A program made the position numbers and the translations under genes. The notes under the pieces are model-generated. The model did no database searches, was not told where the DNA came from, and worked only from the letters and a program-made list of their open reading frames with translations. This document shows positions 1-12,769 of a DNA stretch of 64,000 nt, piece by piece. Position 1 is the stretch's first letter. The number at the start of each line of letters is the position of its first letter. Source of the DNA: Amphiscolops sp. MND2022 (Eukaryota); NCBI GenBank assembly GCA_964187785.1, contig OZ076409.1, positions 10,294,001 through 10,358,000 of the forward strand, read 5' to 3'.

Positions 1-680
1 GCCGTGGATCCTAAGAAAAAATCTAAGCCCCAATATAAAAACTTTTGTACTTTTTGCCACAAAAAAAATCACCATGTTTCAACTTGCGTTCGTAGATTCA
101 ATTTTCTTAACGAATCTAAACCAGAATCATGATCTCGAACTCCTTCCTTTTATCAACATTTTAAAACCTCCTCTAATATTCCTCAATATTCTCGCTACCT
201 TTTAGTAGAAGTAATAGTAATCCTTACCGTAGATCTTCTCGTGACACTCGATATAGATCTCGCTCTTACTCGCGCTCGCATTCTCGTCCTGATACAATGA
301 TAAATCTCACCCTCATAACTATTCGTCTTAATACAACCGTGATCGATCTAGAAATGACAAACAGTATAACCAAAACTCCCACAAATCATACTCTTCTTCT
401 TCACGTCCATTTTATAATTCTATCTCTTCTCGTAGTCCATCTAAATATTATCCTCGTTCTCGTGAACGTTCCACAAGTTATAATAACCCCTCCTCTAAAA
501 GATACAATCTCCTTATTGCCCTCCTTCCAAACCACGTAACGATCGCTATCGTAGTAGATCACATTCAATTTCAAAGAACTACTCTCAATTTCAATATAAT
601 CCCTCTATTAGTCTTACTCACCCATCAACACCGCCTCTTCAAAATAATCCTTCTACAGAACCCAAATTTGAAATTAATAT
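1..680 (+). pseudogene. gag: Gag C-terminus: CCHC zinc knuckle followed by an Arg/Ser/Tyr-rich basic tail
   Basis: Frame 1 reads CTFCHKKNHHVSTC (46-87, CX2CX4HX4C); downstream reads include RYRSRSYSRSHSR. Confidence 0.8.
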
Positions 681-3600
681 GTACCAACCCACTACTTCTT
701 CTTCACAATACTCCTCACTCTCCACTGAACACGCTAACGCTATTACACCTTCAACTTGGTTTGTTAATTTATATCTTTTTTTAAACCCAGTGAAGATACT
801 TCGCTCCCTTCTAAATTGGAAATCCTATTTTTACTCGATAATGGTGCATCTATCTGTGTTTTAAACTGACCCACCTTTACAAATGTAGCCGATCACTTTT
901 TAAAGTGTTCAAAACATTCTCCTCATAAAGATGAGTTCAAAACTTTAACTGTCGCTAATAAAACTGAAGTACCTATTTTATACAATGTCATCCTCACCCT
1001 GCATACTTCTATTCATGGAAGTACTCGCACACTTGTTATTCCTTTTGCAGTAGCAAACATCAAAGACAATATTCTTGGAACTCCTTTTTTGAAAAGTACG
1101 TTAAAACCCTTAATTTTGAAAATATGTCTCTTACATTTAACACTCCTCATGAATCTCGTGTGAACACTCTCCCTATTACAGCTCATAAGGAAAAAGACTA
1201 TCCATATTTCTCTTACCTATACACCATCAAAGTTAAAAATAAAATCTATTTTATACCAAACGCCTCTCAAGTTATCCATTTCCCAATCCAACCAACTCTC
1301 CCTATATATTTTCAAACTTCTGATAATGAAGTTATATTTCCTTCTACCCCTCACCCATTCTTCAATACTTCATGTTTTAATTCTACCTTTAATTTCCTCC
1401 AGGTATATCAAAATATTAAAACTGAACCTACTAGTTGTTCCGTTATTATTCAAATTATCACTCATCATTCTGCTATTCTCACCCCAGGATACATCGGATA
1501 CATCGAATTCCCCGCAACTAATAATAAACCTCTCCATTACAAAGTTGAAGATGTAAACTACTTAATACACACCGTATTTCTTTCATATTACCCAGATTTA
1601 TCTGAACCAAAACCTCCTCTCCGTCGTTTTTCCCTGCGCAAACTTAATGTTGAAATTCATAATTTACAAACCATCTCAAGTTTTAACTCTTCCTCTTCCT
1701 TCATTGACGTACTCACCTGATACTCAACAGTTCCTCAAAATATTTAAATTCCAATAGTATGATGTAACTGACGAAGAATCTTTACAACTCTGCTCTATTC
1801 TTGTTAAATATAGAAATTGCTATGCAACACATAAAAATGACGTTGGTCAAATAGCCACTCCTTTTCGAGTTCGCCTCAAACCTAATGCTAAACTCCAAAC
1901 TCAAAGACCTACCAAAGTTCCCATTTACTATAGGGAAAAACTTAAAAAACTCCTCGATGGATTAGAAAACACAATATTATTCGCCAAATTGGTTCTACTC
2001 CGTCTGATAAATCCATTTATGGTACCACATTTTTAAATCCTATCATTAGTATCTCCAAAGGAGATACTATTAAAGTCGTCCTACACGCAAGACATCTCAA
2101 CTCTAACACCGATCAATCTTTTGAATCTTGGCCTTTTGAACCTTTAGCTCCTCAACTTGCACGCGCTAACAAAAAGTTTAAATCAGCTATTGATCTCATG
2201 TATGCTTATGCTAATGCCCCTTTAGATGAGGAAACTATAACCTTAACTAGTTTCTCATCTGGAGATAAACTTTACGCCTTTACCCAAGGTTTTAATTGCC
2301 TCAAAGATCTGCCCAATTTTTTTCACAAAACAAATGTATTCATTCTTTCAAAAACTCATTGATCAAGGCTTTGCACTTGTTTACATCGATGATATTCATC
2401 TTCTTGGTCTTACAAAACTCATATGTTAGATTTAATTGAACAATTAAATCAAATTTGTCACTCTAACAATCTAAAAATTGCTCCCGAAAAATCATTTTAT
2501 ATTCTCCTCACTGTCATAATTCTTGGACATGAAAATGACCACAACACTATTAAACGCATCTCTTCTAAAGTTGATGGGATACACAAATTAAAAACACCAA
2601 TTTCTAAAGCGAATGGATGCGCTTTATCGGATCAATGAATTTTTACTACTCCAAATTTATTAACAAAATACATAATTCCTCAAAACCCTTTTACACTCTT
2701 CTCCATGACGATGTTTCCTTTGAATGGACTTCTAATCTTGACAAACATTTTAATCAAATTAAACTCTCTCTCTCTAAAGATGCAGAACTTGCTATTCCTA
2801 ATACTACTCATCCATTTTATATAACCGTCGATGCCTCCCTAATTGGTCCAGGCGCAGTCTTATTTCAACCTAACTCCAATAATAAAATGCAAGTAACCTC
2901 CTACAACTCTCGTATTTTAACAACTCAAGAACAAAAACTTTCTACATACGACAGAGAACTTTGTGCTATTACCTTTGCTCTTTCTCAATATGAATTTATT
3001 GTAATTGGTTCTAAATTTCCAATAACTATCTTCACAGATCATACCCCGTTCTTTTCCTTTTCATCCGTAAAGGTAACCTTACTCCCAGACAATATAAAGC
3101 TCAAATGTTATCAACAAAGTCTCCAACTTACAAATTATTCATACAGCTGGTACAATTCTTACTGTTGCTGATATGCTCAGTAGAGATTTTTCAACTAATG
3201 ATAACAAAACATGCCAACTTCAACATAAAACCCTTCCTCCACACATCGATTTTCTTCAACTCAAAAATGATAACATCTTAAAACCAATTCTTTATTTAGT
3301 CAAACACGAAGATGTACTCCCTACACAAAAAAATGATTCACATCTCATTCTAGTTGATTATGGTGATGATCAGTTTACCATTTGTATCCAAGATAAAGGA
3401 AATATTGTTAAATATACCCCTCTTGATTCTTTCTCTTTTCAATCTGTTTCATCATTTTCAAATAAATATAAAAAGAGTATTAGGAATAAAGTTAAAACTT
3501 TACTCCAAGAAAACCCTCTCCTAAATGAAACTGATTTATATGAAACTGACGATCCCGTCATTAAACGAATCCCTACACAAGACTCACATAAACCCCATGA

Positions 3601-5290
3601 ACTTCACATCCTTTTCACTGAAATGCAAAACCACAATTTTGATAATATTCATTTGTCTCAAGACATTTTAACCAACATTACCAATTCCTCTTCTAATGTT
3701 ACCAACAATACTAACATTAATGCTATAACCCAAACCCCTAATAAATCTACATCTACTCAATATTTGTCATGCTTTGACCCATCATTTTTGCCCAAGGTAA
3801 AGCATTTGAGAATTTATTCCTACGTTCGGATACTCTTCTGACACTACCTATTCTGCTTCAATCTCAAAAGGATGATACTGTCCATTCTACTGTCTACAAA
3901 TGGTTAAAACAAAACAAAGACCTCATTCTTTGACTCCAATTCTTTAAGCAAACTCCTTTTTAAACACGTACTATCGACAATTCCAACACCTATATATTGA
4001 CCCAAACTCACATCTCATTCAATATTATACACCTAATTCTCGAATCTTTGAAGAAATCCTTATCAAAACTCAACCTTTTATTAATCAAACCCGCATATGT
4101 TTACCATTTAAACTCTTTTATGCTGCTTTTAATAAAACTCATTCTCATGGTCACTCCGGTGGAAAACTCTATTAAAACATTTAACCAATTTTATTATATT
4201 CCTCACCTGCCTTTATAGTTCTCGATTTTCTTTCATGATTGCATTGAATGTCAAACAAATGAAAATTTTCCTATTTAACCCCAAAATATTTCTCCTCTAC
4301 CATTCTATGAAAACGCCACTCATTTTAATTACCGAATATCGATGGATACTAAAGGCCCCATTTCTCCCTTTTCTCAAAATAACTCATATATTTTTGTTAT
4401 CATTGATGCTTTCAACCACTTTGTTGTTACTAACCCAGCTCCTCACATTACTTCCAAATATGCTATTCAAACTCTTCTTCATCATTGAATTACAAAATTT
4501 GGACCCCCACAATATCTCCTTACTGACCGAGGTATTGAATATGTAAACCAAGTTATGGCCCATCTATGCTCTCTCTTTTATATTAATCACTCACCTCGTA
4601 CTCCATATTCTCCCTGGATAAATGGTTTAGTTGAAGTCCAAAATCGTACCCATGGAACTCATCTACGTCTTTTTGTACCAAAAATGCTCCTACGAACTGG
4701 TCATTCCAAACTCAAATGTATGCTTACGCCCATAATACTACTCCTCTTTCTCAACTTGAACTCTCCCCTTATCAGATTATTTTCCATACCCACCCTCGCA
4801 TTCCTTTAACCTTCTCTCTTAACCTACACCGTGACTCCTCTAACAACTGTATTGCAACATATTGTGATTCTCTCCCCTTCATACACACTATAGTACTCAA
4901 GAGCTTAACCCTTTTTTCCACTCACTCCTTGATAAACCTACCTTCTCATGGCTCTTATCTGCTGAACATGCAATGTTAGAAATATATTCAACTGTTTACC
5001 GCCATATAAATCATAAATTAAATTCTCAAAGCTCTACATTTGAAACAACCCACTTGAAACAGTTACCTCTTCATACTTTCGTTATCCATACGAATTTTAA
5101 ACCTGTCAAATTTTCGCAAAAACTTAAACCTCTCGGGCTTGGACCATATAAAATTCCTAAACATTTTTCTGACGTGACATATGAACTTATGTCTCAAGAT
5201 GGCTCTTCCGTTCAACTCATAGAAATCATATATTACCATATTATCCAAAAGAACCTGTAATTTTTCCATACCTCAAACAATACCACTCTA
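680..5290 (+). pseudogene. pol: Pol (protease, RT, RNase H, integrase), frameshifted
   Basis: LLDNGASICV near 830; YIDDI near 2382; ORF 2617-3171 is RT connection/RNase H; H..GH..CIEC zinc finger near 4140-4250; integrase core near 4340-4640; LGPYKI GPY/F motif near 5140. Confidence 0.9.
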
Positions 5291-7334
5291 CTTTTTCCCT
5301 TATCAATATTCACGATACTGATCCTTATCAGGACACCTTTTCTCAATTTTCTTCATTAGATATACAATCAAATCCTGATCCTCCTTCAACTCAAACTTCC
5401 ACAAAAGATACAAACAAATCAAACGATTCCACCCCTACTCCTAAATATCAAAACCTTTCATATTCTGCTTCTCTACAAGATCATTTAGATATTACACTTG
5501 ATTCTACTGACTCTGATTTGGAATTGCTTCCGAATCCAATCTATTATTCAAACTCATCCAATAATTCCTTTCCTCAAACCTTCCCTCGTATTGCTGACTC
5601 CCCAAACGTCTCGTTAACTCCTTCAACCGACCCCCAAACTGTACCCAATTACACCAGAGCTCCTCATGCCCCATACAACTTACGTTTGCTTACCCTAAAC
5701 ACCCCCTCCCCGAAATTACAATTCCTCCAGACCGAACGTCAGCTTTCCTCCATAACTTAATATTCATCCTTTAATTGGATTAACTGATTAAATGACTATC
5801 CCTATTGTCCCTGACTATCCCTAGTGTCTTGACTTTTAATCAGTCGGATACACGACGATGTAATTACTAACAGTTTCTTACCAACCTTTCTTCATTTTTC
5901 GTTCACGAATTCCAGCTGAACGTTTGCTTTTCATCAATTTCAATTTTGTCTTTAAAATTCATAACTATATTTTTGTACCAAGCAGTGTACCAATCTTTGT
6001 CCAACCCTCAACACTCTCTATTAAAATTAAAACACTCTACAACACACCTCCTCACAAAATTCTCTCCAAATTTTTCAACAACCTCCTCTCAATCCTATAC
6101 CCGTAACTCCCTCTTTAAAGACCACTCCCATCAACGCTCCTAGTCATACTCCTATTAAAACCATATCCTCAACAAACTCAAACTTCTTTACCTCTTCCAC
6201 TTTCTGATACTGAATTTCCTCTTTTTGCTTTTAACATATCCTCCACACTATCTCCACCTCCCTCTCTTCTTCATATTCCTGATCCTAGTGATATTGATCC
6301 TCTCTTACTCGGAAATATTAATAATCCAACAGCAACAGCGAGCGCCTAAATCTATCCTCTTTCCTACTTCCATCAAGTCTTTTCGTAGACGCTCTCAATT
6401 TGATAATTCTCTTCCAGTTCCTCCACCTTGTTCCCATCTCCCATCCCAATCTTCACTTCCGCCACCTTAATCCCGTAAATTCCTGCAATTGAATCGTTTG
6501 ATTCCCTTCAAAAGAAATCTGATCTCAGTGAAATTGATTCAACAACTTCCTCTCTTCTTTATCCCCGTCTTTCTCCTTCTAATTCAGCTTCTAATTACAC
6601 TACTTCTTCTTTAGATATCCTTCTCGAAACTACTTCTGAATCCACCATTCGCCAACCACCTCGTCATAGATACAACCTCCGTAATAATCGTCGTCCTATT
6701 CTTCTCTCGCAAGTACAAACTCTTCTCTTTTACGACATCACGCTCAATCTCTTTCAACAGACTCTCTTTCGATTCCTGATAACGCTCCAACTTCTGAAGT
6801 CGATACTGCTTTCTCTCAACGCTCCTCTCTTTCAACTTATAACGAAACTGGTCATCTCTTTCCTCGGCCAATTTCTCAACATCCTAGTGTTCTTTCATCT
6901 GATAGTCATTTGCTTAAAATTGACCTAACTACTGATCAATACTCTACTCCCCTACACCTAATCGTGTTGACTATCCTTTAATTGTCAACGATATGCTCAT
7001 CAACAGTCCTCGTCAAGATCTTCGATTTCTATAACTTGCCACCCATAAACTTAGTTCCAATCCTTACATTTCAAATGAACGTCGCCGTAAAGAATTTCAC
7101 CGTCTCAATAACACAAACCTAGAAATTAAAATTGAAATTACTGCTAAATTCCCCAATTAAAGCCCCCATCTAATTCCTTCTCACACTACTGTCCACTTCA
7201 AGTCTTTGCCTCATCCTTTCATTGCCTCTAATCTTAGTCTTTTTGAAAGCGACCATCCTCCCTTTCGCCTTTTACACGGCTCTATCACCTTTCTTAACAC
7301 TCTCACCTTCTTAAAATATCCTGCTCAATTTTAA

Positions 7335-9675
7335 ATATGCCTCTCTCTTTCTTTACTATCTCTCCGATTTTCTCTTTTCTTTTTTCTCAATCACTTCCTC
7401 AACTGACTCTTCTTCTGATCATGTTCATCCAAACGATCCCCACATTTCTGATCTTTTAGTTTCTCATTTTGATTGCTCTAAACAACATAACTCAAGACAA
7501 TTTAGCCTCACTCGAGTTCAACCTTGCTCTCAAGCTTTCTCTTCATTTGAAAGTACTCGCGCTATTGTAAAGGTTTTTGTCCGTGCCAAAGCTAAACGTC
7601 TCAAAGATTGGACATGTGAAGCCTACGTTAAACATGAAAAATTTGTCTGTGCTCAGTATGATTACAAATACCGCCGCCATGATCGTTCTGATTACCACCA
7701 AAACACCATTGAACGCCCTCGTACTCTTGACCCTGCGGGATGCAAATATGCTATCCGCCACTTAAATGGAACTAATAATCCTCAACTCGATGCTTTTAAT
7801 TACACCAACTTCTTTACATTCTTTAATGATATTCAAAAACAGCGCCTCCTGGAAACTAAACAACCTCCTTTTCGTATCACCAAACTGAATACACTATGGT
7901 GCTTTTGCCTGGATTGCCAATTCCCGATTAATATTAAACTCAACTCTTGAAGAAAAAGCTGTCTGTTGGGACCGCTATGAATACAATATTGAAAAAGATA
8001 GCTGTCTCCCATTGTAAAAGAAATTGAAATTACCTATGATGATAAAGATAATAAACTTATTTATCATGGGCACACCTTACTCTGCCTCCACGACAATGGT
8101 TTTTGTAAACCCACCATTTTGACACCCTTCACCATTGTTTGCTTCCCTGAAGAACTTTGTTTACTCTTCTCCATTCATTCTTTATTGGACGAATGTCCAA
8201 ACTCAATAACCGCTACTGGCTTGAAACTGAACACTTTTTTAACAATCACGCCTCTACTATTTCATCTGACACTCCTTATTATGATACTAAATCTCAAACC
8301 CGCCTCTCTCGTTTTGAAAATTTCCCCGAAAATAAAATTTTTTGTAACAAACCCACTTTTTTATATATAACTCAATACCCTGACCTCTTCATTGCATATA
8401 AAGAAGGTTTTAACATGCATACTGGTCAACCTAATCCTCTTCAACTCCCTCAAAATAAACAATATAATCAACTCACCACCCAATTAAATTCTGGAAAATA
8501 TTCCATACCCAAGACAAGTTTCTTTTCCCTGCTCTAAATTCTTCTAATAACTTTGCCACCATTGGTTATGAAGCTCACATCAACACCAAAATTGGTTATT
8601 CTAATATCCATGTTATTAAAAGTATGTCCGTTGCTGAACCTATTACTCTTCGTACTATATGCGAAGTCGAACGCACTCAACTCTTAACAATTCTTGCGAT
8701 GTCTGTTAAAAATCCAAAACTTGCTGGTTTCCTCTTAACTCAAAACCGTAGTAATTTTTTGTATGTCGGAGGCTCTACAGCCTGGCTCTATGATTGTCCT
8801 CATCACCTTTCTCCTTTATATATTGCTGAACAATGTTACGATAGAAATTCCAGTTAATTATCTTGATACTGTATGTTGACCCCATTACACTCCAAACCTT
8901 TGAATATGCAAATCAAATCCTTTGTGAAAATAATCCCCAAAATGTCCTTTCTCTTGACCCAGATATTGACCAATATTATGTTTTAACAACTCAACCTATT
9001 AAAAAAGAACCTCCTGTACTTTTCGAACCTACTCAAGATCAAACCGCTATTAGCCCTAACACCTTTACTGCTCAAGATGCTGGTATTTACTCTCAAAAAG
9101 AACTCAAACATTTTTGGAACCGTGTATTATTTACCAAACACTCCGATAATTCTCTTCAGCTTCTTGGTAAAGCTATTAGTTATGAAAATATGAATCAAGA
9201 ATCCCCTGGATCTCTTTCCGACAACCCCTACAGATCTCTTCGAATTGGTCTTCATGACCAAATGTTAAACTTGTACCCATTTTTCGCTCCTGATTGGTTC
9301 ACCGATGCTTTTATTAAACTTTTTGGTTATCCTTGTTATATTTTAACTCCATGTGGAATATATTTTTCCACTGCTCTCTTTTTACAATTTGCTTTCAACA
9401 CACTTATTAGTATTAATCGTTCGTTTACTGTTAGAAACCTACTCAAGAAACAAATCTCTGTAATATCCGCACTCGGATTTGTTTTTTTTGGAATTATCAC
9501 TCAGACTATGATGACTGCGAGGATTAAATCGTCTGATTCACATTCAGATTCAGAAGATTCTGATTCTCCTCAATCTCCGCCGTCTAACTTCCATACCAAA
9601 TCTTTGAACCCTAAGCCCAAATCCCTTAATTATCAACCGAATAGTAAAACAAAACTCCTTAGTTTAAAAAATTAA
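7335..9675 (+). pseudogene. env: Env-like class III fusion glycoprotein (gB / chuvirus G-like), fragmented
   Basis: Hydrophobic signal-like stretch near 7335-7400, then SHFDCSKQH..FSLTRVQPC; ICEVERTQLLTILAMSVKNPKLAGFLL..G..YDC..CYDRIPV..VDPIT..QILC; C-terminal TM (YPCYILTPCGIYFSTALFLQFAF) and a Ser-rich tail. Confidence 0.75.
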
Positions 9676-10431
9676 AATCCCATGCATAGATCTTCGCCTA
9701 CTAAACCTGTTTCTTTTTCCATTTCTCAATCCTACACTATTAGTAATACGCCTCCCGTCAATGAAACTTGTTCACCTCCATCTTCTAATTATAAGTCCCA
9801 TATTATTCCTCATAATAATCTTTCTCCTCGTCACTCCCAATAACCTCCATTATCTTCCCCTCCATATTTCCGTAACTATAATTCTCCTCTACATGATGAC
9901 AGTAATTGTGACAATTCCTCTAATGATTCCCCCATCCACAATATATGGCAATCAACAAAAATTTATCCTCCTACTCCACCACCAATTAAAACTAATGACA
10001 TTCCGTTAACATCTGTCAATAGTATCTTTGATCAATCTGAAAACCCTGTCAAAACCTATTCTTGTCGTTTCGCTCCTGAATAATAAATAACAATCATAAT
10101 TTCGTTAATTTTAACATTTCTTTTCCTGAATATTAATTCTTCATATCTTTTGCATATTAATACTTTGATTCCGGTTCATATTTTTACTTCACTTCTCATC
10201 GTTCTTGCTTCTCGCTTGGTCACTCTTTCTTGATTTCTAAACACCCAAAACATCTCCATTCTTCTCGAACAATATTTACGCCTTTTCCAATTTCAAATAA
10301 TCTTTTCTACAAAAAACGCACTATCCTATAACCCTCACCCTCATAATCTTCAATTTCTAACATTTTGTATCTTTTTGTCCTCTATAATTCAAATGGCCAC
10401 CTCTAATCCCGACCAACAACTTTTTTCTAGT

Positions 10432-11205
10432 ATTACCACTTGTCGATACATCTTTGCCACATCTGCCGACAAGGCATATTGGTGTAGGCGAAAGCGAATG
10501 AGGATGTCGAACACATCGTCTTGTAAGCGAGGTCCAAGCAGTAAGCAATCGTTGAGAGAATAGCCATTTGAGAGAATTTGGGGACTTGCTGCTAGCATCG
10601 AACACGACACGAAGCTCTGTTGTTGTACTATCTATGAACACACAGTGATGGGGTAAGTAGTAACACAACCCTGAAGTCTGACGAGCTTCTTCCAAGCGAC
10701 CCATGTCTAGAAATTCCTTGATGAAGTCACGATACTGCTGCTTCACATCACTGTGATCCTTGAGCTTTCGTTCCAAAGCGAACAATCTCTGCTTAGCTGT
10801 TTGAAAGTTGTTCGAGGGACGTGCCGCAGACTTGAAAGGAAAATGAACTGTGATGCGGCCGTCATCTGCCACATAGGTCGTCGTATCGTAATGTTCCGCA
10901 CATTGACGATTTTCTTTGGACATCGGCTTCACTCGAGGAATCTCTTCAACTTCCCAGAACCGAGCAAGATCCAGTTCCACTGCAATTGGGAAGGATTGAC
11001 ATTGGTAGGCACGCACTTGGGACAACACTCCAGTGACCACCCAGCCGAAGATAGACTTGCGATAGTGAAGCCCATGGGCCTTCCTCCTTTCGTCCAGAAA
11101 GAGATCCTCGTACACATCCGCGCCCAACAATAATTGAACGGGGCCAGGTTGATGGAAGTTTTCGTCAGCTAATGCTACACTTTTCATTGATTTCAATTGT
11201 TTCAA
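10432..11205 (-). pseudogene. pol: BEL/Pao Pol fragment (protease C-terminus, RT N-terminus)
   Basis: LADENF..LLLGAD, FWEVEE, YYLPHHCV, LRVVFDAS, LLLGPRLQ, ADVAKMYRQV; frameshifted by a short duplication near 10555-10580. Confidence 0.88.
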
Positions 11206-12752
11206 ATTAATGGATTGAGAGGGTATTTACCTGCAATTGCGTTTAGCACTAGTGCTGTTACCGGCAGTTTTTGAGGACCAATCACGAGATTGACTGACTC
11301 CTTTGCTGCTTGTTGCCGTCCACCAATCCCTGAGATCTTCACATCAACTGTTGAACGGGCGATGTTGAGTTTCGATGCTGCATCCGCTGTGATGAAGGAT
11401 GTTTGAGAACTTGAGTCCAGCAAGGCTCGAAACATCATTGTCTTTCCCGCTGCATCATCAATGCCAACCATTGCTGTTGACAGAAGCACAGAAGGACCGC
11501 TGAATGTTGCACCACTTGTCACACCACTTTGCTGCTCGACTGAACGATCGAGGTGTAGTGATGTATGATGTCTTCCGTTGCAAGTGCGGCAGTTGAACTT
11601 CGATGGACAATCAGCCACGAAATGCCGTCCCAAACAGTTCATGCACAGTTTGAGCTTCCTCACCACTGCCTTTCTCTCACGTGTGCCCAACTGTTTGTAG
11701 CGATCACACTGAGAAATTGAGTGAGACCCATTGCATTCTTTCATCTGACAGCTTGCTGAGTGCTCAACAGTTGAGGGGTATGCTTCTTGAAGCACCTTCT
11801 TGGGCGTCGTCTTGGGGACGGAAGCCTCTTGCTGGTCGCCGCTTGATTCCAATGCACGGCTTCGTCTATCCATGAATGTAGTTAACTCCTTGAATGTTAA
11901 CACATCTGTGCCAGGATGAGCCAATTCAAACTGCTTCCTCGACTCAGCATCAAGTTTCTCAAGCAGCCAGTACACAAGTATTGCATCCCATTGATCAACA
12001 GGAAGCCCTAAGGCTTCTAGTGCTTGCACATGTTTATTGGTCGACTCCAGTAACTTGCGCAGTTCGACACTTGACTCCTTCTTGATGGCTGGTAGGGCAT
12101 GAATTGCCGCCAAGTGCGCCTTCACGATTGATCGCTTGTTGTTGTAGCGCTCCTCTAACTTACGCTTGGCGATGTCGTAATTGGTATCAGTGACCAACAA
12201 AGATGAAACTATCTGAGCTGCATCACCCTTCAGTGCCAGCTTGAGGTAAGATAGCTTCTCAACATTGGTCATGTCACGTTTGCTGTCAACCAAGGTTGTA
12301 AATTGATCCCAGAAGGAGACCCACTGCGTATATTCGCCACTGAATGAGGGAAGAGTCAGCTTGGGGAGCTTTGTAGTCAGGCTGCCACTTGATGGTGTTG
12401 CTGCAGCGCTTGGGCCTGGAGGCTGCAACTCCTTGATTCTGCCCTGACACCACTTCCCAGCCCTTTCTGCTGCCAGGAACACATCTGCAGCTTCATCCAC
12501 ATCAGCGTCTAGCTCATCGTTTTCTTCAATGAGTTGTTGAATCTGTGAATCCAACTCTGTCAGCATCTTTCGACGGTCGATCAGGAACTCCAATGTGGCT
12601 TGCACATCCTCGAGTGCTCCACCGGCTTGCCGGATTGCTGTAGCCCGTCTTGTGAAGACACCACGATGAGCACCTCTTGATCGCTTCAATTGAGCCAACT
12701 TCTGCACACCACCAGAGCCGTCTGAACCTCCTGGAGCATCTGCTGTTGACAT
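11202..12752 (-). CDS. gag: BEL/Pao Gag plus aspartic protease (frameshift at the 3' end)
   Basis: 517-aa ORF with a BEL-type capsid region, three knuckles (C..C..H..C x2, C..C..H..H) and LLDSSS at the protease site. The ATG overlaps the end of the PBS. Confidence 0.85.
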   Translation of the reverse strand: MSTADAPGGSDGSGGVQKLAQLKRSRGAHRGVFTRRATAIRQAGGALEDVQATLEFLIDRRKMLTELDSQIQQLIEENDELDADVDEAADVFLAAERAGKWCQGRIKELQPPGPSAAATPSSGSLTTKLPKLTLPSFSGEYTQWVSFWDQFTTLVDSKRDMTNVEKLSYLKLALKGDAAQIVSSLLVTDTNYDIAKRKLEERYNNKRSIVKAHLAAIHALPAIKKESSVELRKLLESTNKHVQALEALGLPVDQWDAILVYWLLEKLDAESRKQFELAHPGTDVLTFKELTTFMDRRSRALESSGDQQEASVPKTTPKKVLQEAYPSTVEHSASCQMKECNGSHSISQCDRYKQLGTRERKAVVRKLKLCMNCLGRHFVADCPSKFNCRTCNGRHHTSLHLDRSVEQQSGVTSGATFSGPSVLLSTAMVGIDDAAGKTMMFRALLDSSSQTSFITADAASKLNIARSTVDVKISGIGGRQQAAKESVNLVIGPQKLPVTALVLNAIAGKYPLNPLI

Positions 12753-12768
12753 CACGTCGAGGTCACCA
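12751..12768 (-). promoter_or_regulatory. Primer binding site, tRNA-Trp type
   Basis: TGGTGACCTCGACGTGAT, one mismatch from the classic tRNA-Trp PBS TGGTGACCCCGACGTGAT. Confidence 0.88.
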
Positions 12769-12769
12769 A

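Larger units (their letters stand above)
1..10437 (+). mobile_element. Decayed env-bearing Ty3/gypsy-type LTR retroelement (element A); 5' end lies outside the window, 3' end is cut at the BEL junction
   Basis: Order: CCHC knuckle, protease (LLDNGAS), RT (SAIDL, YIDDI), RNase H (TVDAS, DRELCA, TDH), integrase (MDTKGP, NGLVE), env-like gene. Many stops and frameshifts; very G-poor sense strand; no LTR visible. Confidence 0.9.
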
